Position numbers and translations under genes: made by a program
Part shown: positions 57,861 through 64,000 of the stretch, piece after piece
Position numbering within the stretch: the first letter of the stretch is position 1
Layout: every line of letters starts with the position of its first letter
The notes under the pieces: model-generated
Told to the model about the DNA's origin: nothing
The model's database searches: none
Seen by the model: only the letters and a program-made list of their open reading frames with translations
DNA from: Candidatus Latescibacterota bacterium
GTDB lineage: Bacteria > Latescibacterota > UBA2968 > GCA-2709665
DNA length: 64,000 nucleotides
Direction of reading: 5' to 3'
Assembly: GCA_965226795.1 (NCBI GenBank)
Contig: CBDDDZ010000005.1
Span: forward strand, 2,336,001 to 2,400,000

Positions 57861-60464
57861 TTAGTTTGCCCGCTCCGATGATGCCCGGTTCTCGCTCCCG
57901 TCACCGTGAATTTGCACAACACCTCGACTCCCATCCACGGTAACCCGGTCTCCCGTGCGAATGCGCCATGTGGCGCCTGAAACACCCACGACCGCCGGAA
58001 TTTGGTACTCCCGCGCGATCACAGAACTGTGGTTCAACACCCCGCCAATTTCCGTCACAACCGCACTCACGCGACGGAAAAGCGGGGTCCACCCCGGGTC
58101 GGTACCCAGTGCGACCAGCACCTCCCCCTGCGCCAGTGCCTCGAACTCCTCGGGTCCGCGTATCAGCCGGGCGATTCCGGTTGCCGTACCTGAGCTCGTA
58201 CCGATGCCCTTTAGCCGATCAGCATCCTGATCCTCGTCGGGAACCGGATTCTCGCCCCGCCCATCGATCCAGAAATAAAACGGCTGCCGACCGCGAGCAC
58301 GTTCGAAATCGGCGATCCGTCGATGAATCTCGTCCTCGAAAGCAACGGGAACGCCTTTGAACGCATTCTCTACCTCGGTACACGTCAGGAAAAAGACCTC
58401 ATCCTTCCGCCGCAGCAATCCGCGGGATACGAGATGGTCCCCCAGTTTCAGAAAAACCGTCCTGTACCCAGAAAACAGTCTATCCAGATGAAATCGCAAC
58501 TCCTCACGAAGTCCAAGATAGATCCTCGTATATTTCAACACAAACCGGAACATGACTGTCCGCGCCGACCCCCACGTCGTTTCGGACAGACGTTTCAACA
58601 CTTCCTTTTCGGCCGTCCGCATCAATTCCCGCGGCGCCCGTTGCACCGGAGCGGGTTTCGCGCCGAGGTTCTGTCGGACCATCTGCAAAACGGCCTCCGG
58701 ACTTTCCCGCCATCGCGCAAACGTAAAGTCCCGGTTCGCAGCGCGAATCCCATACGCGTTGATGAATGCGTTGAACCTGGACGCAAAGCCACCCTCGCCG
58801 GCGCGCATGTATTCGAGGAACTCCTCGTCCGTCCCGGTTTCCAGGCGCCGTCGCAGCCGGGAATCGCCTCGAACCACATCCGCCAATTTCTCCAGCGCGG
58901 CGTTGGCCTCCGAAGTCTTGTTGCGTTCGGGGACCAGTAACAGATCCTTGAAAGCGGCCATGTCGATACCCGCCCAACGGACCACTATCACACGCAGAAC
59001 CCAGATGCAGTTTATCGCAAACGCGTAACTCCACTGGTTGACATCCCGTTGCTGATGCACGGCGAGCGCCGTCAGTCGATCCGCGGCCAGGAGCAGCGCG
59101 TCCGGATCGCAGGCCGAGGAAATCTGCCGCTCGATCGAACGTATCCGCCGGTTGAATACCGGGAAAAACGCGCGTCTGACCCTTCGGTGATTGCTGTGAA
59201 CCAGTCCATAGGGTTCAGTCATCAGAAGGCCCGGCAGACGCAGCAGCGCCGGGATCAGCCGCCTCCAGGTCCGCGGCGCGCATTCGACCTCCTCCTGGAG
59301 TTTCCGGGGCAAAATAACCAGAGCATCGTCCATCAGCATTCTTTCCGGAACCAGCTTGAGCACCTGCGCCACGGCGTTCGCGTTCACGTACATATAGCAA
59401 TCGATCACCTTCACCATATCACGGCGTACCAACGCCCCCAGGCCCAGCCGCCGCGCGGGACGCTGAAATGTATACGCCTCGCTCAGGCGATCCGCAATAA
59501 TCGACGCCGCCATCGGACAAAGGGCCTCGGACCAGAGGTCGTCACAGATTCCCCGGGACCACATGCCGCGGGGCCGGGACACTGTGGTGGTAATCGGTCG
59601 TGTCTGCAGGAAATAGAGCCGGCCACCGGAAAACGCCCATTCGATATCCTGGGGGCGGCCACCGAAAAACGCCTCGACCTCGCTGCCCTGCCGCCACAGC
59701 ATATGAAGCTCTTCCGGGGAAAGCGCCTCCGCATCCCGAAGCCTCTCGGGCATGGGTTCGGCGCGGCTGTCACCCGGACGGAGCCTCCACAGCTTGTGCG
59801 CTATCTGTTTCTCGATGACCCGGCCCGTCTTCCGGTCCAGAACGTATGAATCGGGCGATACTTCCCCTCCGACCACGGTCTCGCCCAGCCCCCAGTTGGC
59901 CTCCACAAAAATACCCGGTGCGCCTGACGCCACCGGGTTCCGCGTGAAAAGGATACCTGACTTTTCGGCCTCGACCATCTCCTGAATCACAACCGCAATG
60001 CGCGGAACCAGACCCGGCGCATAGGTTCGCAGTCTGTCGTTCCACGCCGACGCCCAGCACAACCGGACGTGCTCGAGCACGGACGCGACATCCCTCTGGT
60101 TCAGATAGGTTTCGAACTGTCCGGCAAAAGCGAACGCGCTACCGTCCTCAGACGCGCCGGACGACCGCACCGCAACGGTTTTTGCTCCCTGATTGAGGAG
60201 CAAATCGGTGTGCGACCGAATGGCCTGTTCGACGTCGGGGGGAAACGAACCCCGGGCAACCGTCTCCTCGGTCACGCTTACGGGATCAAGTCCATTGTGA
60301 TCCAGAAACCGGACGCAGGCGTCAGCCGTTACGCAAAACCCGTCCGGAACACGGAATCCACCGGCAAGCAGGCGCCCCAGATTTCTCGCTTTTCCGCCAA
60401 CCTGTTCCAATGAAGCCCGGGACGCACGCGCGAGTTCAATAGCTATTCCCATTGTTTCTGCCAT
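57861..60464 (-). CDS. PEP-synthase-like phosphotransferase (PPDK_N + central domain + phospho-His swivel domain)
   Basis: VGGKA, AVRSSGASED, FAGQ, DIEWA, LQTRPIT; C-terminal TDPGWTP, GGVLNHSSVIARE. Confidence 0.88.
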   Translation of the reverse strand: MAETMGIAIELARASRASLEQVGGKARNLGRLLAGGFRVPDGFCVTADACVRFLDHNGLDPVSVTEETVARGSFPPDVEQAIRSHTDLLLNQGAKTVAVRSSGASEDGSAFAFAGQFETYLNQRDVASVLEHVRLCWASAWNDRLRTYAPGLVPRIAVVIQEMVEAEKSGILFTRNPVASGAPGIFVEANWGLGETVVGGEVSPDSYVLDRKTGRVIEKQIAHKLWRLRPGDSRAEPMPERLRDAEALSPEELHMLWRQGSEVEAFFGGRPQDIEWAFSGGRLYFLQTRPITTTVSRPRGMWSRGICDDLWSEALCPMAASIIADRLSEAYTFQRPARRLGLGALVRRDMVKVIDCYMYVNANAVAQVLKLVPERMLMDDALVILPRKLQEEVECAPRTWRRLIPALLRLPGLLMTEPYGLVHSNHRRVRRAFFPVFNRRIRSIERQISSACDPDALLLAADRLTALAVHQQRDVNQWSYAFAINCIWVLRVIVVRWAGIDMAAFKDLLLVPERNKTSEANAALEKLADVVRGDSRLRRRLETGTDEEFLEYMRAGEGGFASRFNAFINAYGIRAANRDFTFARWRESPEAVLQMVRQNLGAKPAPVQRAPRELMRTAEKEVLKRLSETTWGSARTVMFRFVLKYTRIYLGLREELRFHLDRLFSGYRTVFLKLGDHLVSRGLLRRKDEVFFLTCTEVENAFKGVPVAFEDEIHRRIADFERARGRQPFYFWIDGRGENPVPDEDQDADRLKGIGTSSGTATGIARLIRGPEEFEALAQGEVLVALGTDPGWTPLFRRVSAVVTEIGGVLNHSSVIAREYQIPAVVGVSGATWRIRTGDRVTVDGSRGVVQIHGDGSENRASSERAN

Positions 60465-60684
60465 GACGACGCTCAGCGTTATCTGCCGGCAGGATCGCAA
60501 CTGGCCCGGTCGGGGGGAAAGTCCTCCAGAATTCGTTTCGTCCGCATCCCCGAAACCGTGATCGGTCTCTTCGAGCGCTCAGGCGCGGAAGGGGGGGGTC
60601 GGGGCCCCGTCGGACGGACGGTAACACACCGCCGCGCGACGGTCATCCCTGCCCCATCGTAGAATTCCGGCTGCGAGAAAGCAA

Positions 60685-61716
60685 CTATCGGTCCGTCTCG
60701 AGCGCATGCAGGAACCCGTGCATCTGTCCCACGCAAAACGCTATATAAGCCCGACCAGCCGCGTCACCCGCCAGTTCCATGATATGGTCGTAGTCAATGG
60801 CGCCGTCAAATCCTGCTTCGTGCAACGCCCGAACCACCTGAAACATGTTCAGGTCTCCCAGATCCGGAATCACCTCCTCATACCCTCCGGTTTCTGGAAT
60901 GGTTCCCCTCACGTTTCGAAAATGCACGTGGAAAATTTTCCCTTGCCCCCCGAAACGCCGGATTCCCTCGAACACGTCTTCGCCCGACTCGTACCGCGTG
61001 CCCACGCAAAACGTCATCCCGTTTGCCGGCGACGCCACCTCCGAGAACAACCGATCGAATGCCGCGAAATCGTACAAGACCTGCGGCACCCCATAAAGGC
61101 TTGGTACGGGAGGGTCGTTCCCATGCATGGCGACCCGTGTGCCGGCCGCTTCGGCGACCGGCGCCGCTGCGCGAAAAATCCTCAGCGTTCGTTCCCAGAG
61201 TTCCTCGTGCGTGGGGGCGCCGTCCGGCGCCGGTCTGTTCAGCGCGTCGCGTAAATCGACCCTTAGGTGCCGGTAGCCGCCACGACCTTCCACCCACTCG
61301 AAAACACCACGGGGTAACCCGCCGAACTGGGCGGCCTGAAAACACTGTATCCCGACAACGGGGAAACCGTATTCCCCACAAAGCGCGACGTTCGCAACAA
61401 GATGATCAAGCTCCTCGCTTGCACCCGGTTCATCCAGAAAAACCGCACGCGTATAGTCGCTGGTCGAATTCGCCCGTTCGATCTTCAGGCCGGCGCCGTC
61501 AACCACCTCCACCACTGCCTCTACGCTTTCCCGCCGGAGTTGCCCGGACTCCTTATACCCCGGGAAAATATCCAGCGTCACATCTACCACATCCACACCA
61601 ATCTGCTTCAGGAACTGCAAATCCTTCGGCCGGTCCAGCCAGGTCGGATCGATCCGCGTTCCAATCTTGATCACGGGCCACCTCTCAGGACGAAATTTCC
61701 ATTTTTGCCTGGCCAC
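60685..61716 (-). CDS. Mannonate dehydratase (UxuA)-like protein
   Basis: AMHGNDPP, NGMTFCVG, HFRNV, DYDH. Confidence 0.8.
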   Translation of the reverse strand: MARQKWKFRPERWPVIKIGTRIDPTWLDRPKDLQFLKQIGVDVVDVTLDIFPGYKESGQLRRESVEAVVEVVDGAGLKIERANSTSDYTRAVFLDEPGASEELDHLVANVALCGEYGFPVVGIQCFQAAQFGGLPRGVFEWVEGRGGYRHLRVDLRDALNRPAPDGAPTHEELWERTLRIFRAAAPVAEAAGTRVAMHGNDPPVPSLYGVPQVLYDFAAFDRLFSEVASPANGMTFCVGTRYESGEDVFEGIRRFGGQGKIFHVHFRNVRGTIPETGGYEEVIPDLGDLNMFQVVRALHEAGFDGAIDYDHIMELAGDAAGRAYIAFCVGQMHGFLHALETDR

Positions 61717-61783
61717 GTGCTGGACTATATTGCTTCAGTCCCCACGATAACCGACTACCTGCTATCCACGGAGCTTTCCTGCG

Positions 61784-62701
61784 ATGTTTTCCGAGGACTT
61801 GAAAAATCGACTCAAAAACACACACGCGTTCGTTGTAACCCCGTTCGAAAGACAAGACTACGGACGGCTTGACGTGAACGCCCTTGAAAGGAACGTGGGT
61901 TTTCTGATCGAGCACGGAGTGAAAGTACTGAACCTCGGCGGAGGTACCGGCGAAGTCAACGCCCTCGCCAATTCCGAACTTGTGACGCTGACCAAAACCG
62001 CATTCGACATGGCGGGTTCCAGCCCGCTGGTCATTCCCACCCTGCCGGAAAATCTGGGCGCCGCCCTGGAACTTGCGCCCGTTTACGAACGAATGGGCGC
62101 CAGGGTTGCACTGGGAATGGCGCCATATATCCGAAACGATGTACCGGACGACCTGGCGGGCGTTCTCAACCACTATAGAGCCCTTGCGGGCGCCTCCGGC
62201 CTGGCATTAATGCCCTATAACACACAGGCCTGGCCCGCAGCGTTCTTTCTCCGGCTCGCGGAGGTCGACCGTATCATCGGGATCAAGGATCCCTGCCGGG
62301 CGCCTCACAATCTGTTCGCCGCCATTCAGAGCCTTGGCGACCGCTTTGTCTGGATCGGAAACAAACGCCACGACCCGGGTGTGCTCCACCTTCGCTTCCA
62401 GATGGGCATTGACGGATTCTCCGCCGGCATCGTCAACTTCGCGCCGCAACACGAACTCGAACTCTTCGACCTCGCCTGCGTGAAAAACTGGGAGGCCATG
62501 GTTCTCATCCAGCGCCGGCTTGCCCCTCTGGAAAGGCTGAGAGCCAGATACGGCGATGTCGCGATGATAAAGGCCGGCATGGACCTGGTCGGTCTGTCCG
62601 GTGGACCCGTTCGCCCGCCTCGCGTCGACGTTTCCGCCGAGGGTCGCGCAGAAATCCTGGCCGCCCTCAATAGACTCGGCATCGAAACGATCGGGGTCTA
62701 A
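61784..62701 (+). CDS. Dihydrodipicolinate synthase family aldolase
   Basis: VTPF, GGTGE, PYN, IGIKD, GGPVRPP. Confidence 0.88.
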   Translation: MFSEDLKNRLKNTHAFVVTPFERQDYGRLDVNALERNVGFLIEHGVKVLNLGGGTGEVNALANSELVTLTKTAFDMAGSSPLVIPTLPENLGAALELAPVYERMGARVALGMAPYIRNDVPDDLAGVLNHYRALAGASGLALMPYNTQAWPAAFFLRLAEVDRIIGIKDPCRAPHNLFAAIQSLGDRFVWIGNKRHDPGVLHLRFQMGIDGFSAGIVNFAPQHELELFDLACVKNWEAMVLIQRRLAPLERLRARYGDVAMIKAGMDLVGLSGGPVRPPRVDVSAEGRAEILAALNRLGIETIGV

Positions 62702-62749
62702 TCCTATACCGGCCGACGTCGGGAGACTCCACGTACCGTCCTTCGTGCT

Positions 62750-63991
62750 TCAACTCCCGCCAAATCTGACTGGGGCGGCATCGAAGTACCGTTCGTCGCC
62801 GAAGAAAGGAAACATACCGAACCCCGCCGCGAGGTCTCGATGCTCCCAGACGAGGCCGGTTTCGCAATAGCTCAGCGAGCCGTGTGCGGGCGGCGAGAAT
62901 TCCGGACGCCCCAGCAAGTCACTCCGGAACCACACGCTCCGGTGCCCGAAACACACGCCCTTCTCCAGATTTTCCTGAACGAATTCAACCATGTGCGGAA
63001 ACGTCTGCTGGTATTCCGCACCGGGGCCGTATTCAATATGGGCCTTCAGGTTCTCTCCTGCGGCCCGAACCTCGCCCATCGACATGGGCACCCCGTTTCT
63101 GACAAACAGCGCATCGGCGTTCGGATCCACCACCGCCCACTTGCCAGACTCGTCGAACCATACCTCCGCCACGAAATGCCCGTTGAATCCGTTTACCGCC
63201 TCGGTCAGAACGGCGCAACGGGCCGGAATGCCCACCGCCTGAGCGCAGCTTACGAAAGCCGCCGCATAGTGAACGCACATCGCCACCGGCCGTTTTCCGT
63301 TGTGTCCCGCCTGTCCAGGGGCCCATGCGAGCAGGGTTTCCGCGTCCCACGGCGCATATTGGCCCGCCCTCAACGAATTGGTGTGCTCCCAACTGGACGC
63401 CAGCCAGGCCGATAACGCACGGACCCGGGTGATCAGCGGCCCCTGGTCTCTTGCGACGGGCGGCAGCAAACGCCTCAACGATACCAGCTTTGGCGACTCC
63501 TCAACCTCCCATACCATGGCGGGAGGCGGTGGATCCTCACCCTCGGCCAGCCGTACCCGGATGACGTACTCACCCAGAACCGAATTGACGTAGCCCATCC
63601 GTTCACTCCGCCAGGTCTCTCCACCGTCGTCACTGACCCCGCTGTCGGGTTCGGCGTGGCCGGCCTCCATCGCGAGCGACCAGCCATCCATCGCCGTCAC
63701 GTCGGTCCACAGCTCGAAGGTGTTGTCGCCGGATCTCAGATCCGCCACCGAAAGTTCATACCAGGAATACGCGCCGGGCCGGTCGGGCTCGAGCGCCGCG
63801 ACCTCAAAGCCGTTCAGGGCCACTCGAAGCGGGGCTTCGTTTTCGGGATAGGGCCGGGCGAGGATATAAACCAGCCCGGGCGCGTCCGTCGCCGGCAACG
63901 TGAGTGTCTTGCGCGCCCGCCGGAAAGTCGTCAACTCCTCGCAGAGAGACGGCATGACCCGCCCATCTTCGCTGTAGTACAATCGGCTCAT
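62750..63991 (-). CDS. Transglutaminase-like domain protein
   Basis: MCVHYA, GHFVAEVW, VVDP (Cys-His-Asp). Confidence 0.8.
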   Translation of the reverse strand: MSRLYYSEDGRVMPSLCEELTTFRRARKTLTLPATDAPGLVYILARPYPENEAPLRVALNGFEVAALEPDRPGAYSWYELSVADLRSGDNTFELWTDVTAMDGWSLAMEAGHAEPDSGVSDDGGETWRSERMGYVNSVLGEYVIRVRLAEGEDPPPPAMVWEVEESPKLVSLRRLLPPVARDQGPLITRVRALSAWLASSWEHTNSLRAGQYAPWDAETLLAWAPGQAGHNGKRPVAMCVHYAAAFVSCAQAVGIPARCAVLTEAVNGFNGHFVAEVWFDESGKWAVVDPNADALFVRNGVPMSMGEVRAAGENLKAHIEYGPGAEYQQTFPHMVEFVQENLEKGVCFGHRSVWFRSDLLGRPEFSPPAHGSLSYCETGLVWEHRDLAAGFGMFPFFGDERYFDAAPVRFGGS

Positions 63992-64000
63992 CCGGACCTC

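Noticed and set aside
1..64000. tRNA or rRNA genes
   Set aside because: None recognised by eye; a covariance search was not possible

Overview
Two halves. (1) 1-25,080 is an integron-like gene-cassette array read on the minus strand. It has 12 attC-like hairpin sites (TAAC...GTTA ends) plus one truncated half-site, separating mostly minus-strand genes: PhyH, PIN toxin plus a small partner, SET, HIT, HigBA, HAD, Kelch, MBL, metallophosphoesterase, sulfatase, GNAT, nitrilase, two paralogues of an unknown ~450-aa family, and many fragments. The array lies DOWNSTREAM of, and co-oriented with, a tyrosine recombinase (23948-25080, frameshifted). That enzyme lacks the IntI-specific insertion but carries an N-terminal HARP-like domain. 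An attI-like site lies ~130 bp past its stop codon. A second, truncated copy of integrase tail + attI-like site at 5907-6295 diverges from the first exactly at the GTT crossover. At least seven cassettes have extended (8-19 bp) complementary ends, as expected for units inserted from a circle. This non-canonical 'reverse' integron is the best candidate for a novel system. (2) 25,500-64,000 is chromosomal backbone. It holds a family B DNA polymerase, a flippase, and a ~16-kb respiratory operon (Rieske, split cytochrome b6-type, octaheme cytochrome c, A-type oxidase lacking the K-channel Lys, CtaA/CtaB, ABC, SCO). A nearby ferredoxin shares a 27-aa motif with the Rieske N-terminus. The rest is the yggS-yggT-divIVA-MTAP-NUDIX-ileS-dksA-lspA-rluD cluster and metabolic genes. 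Some frameshifts, especially at 11.5-13.3 kb, may be long-read consensus errors. All calls are by eye; no database searches were run.
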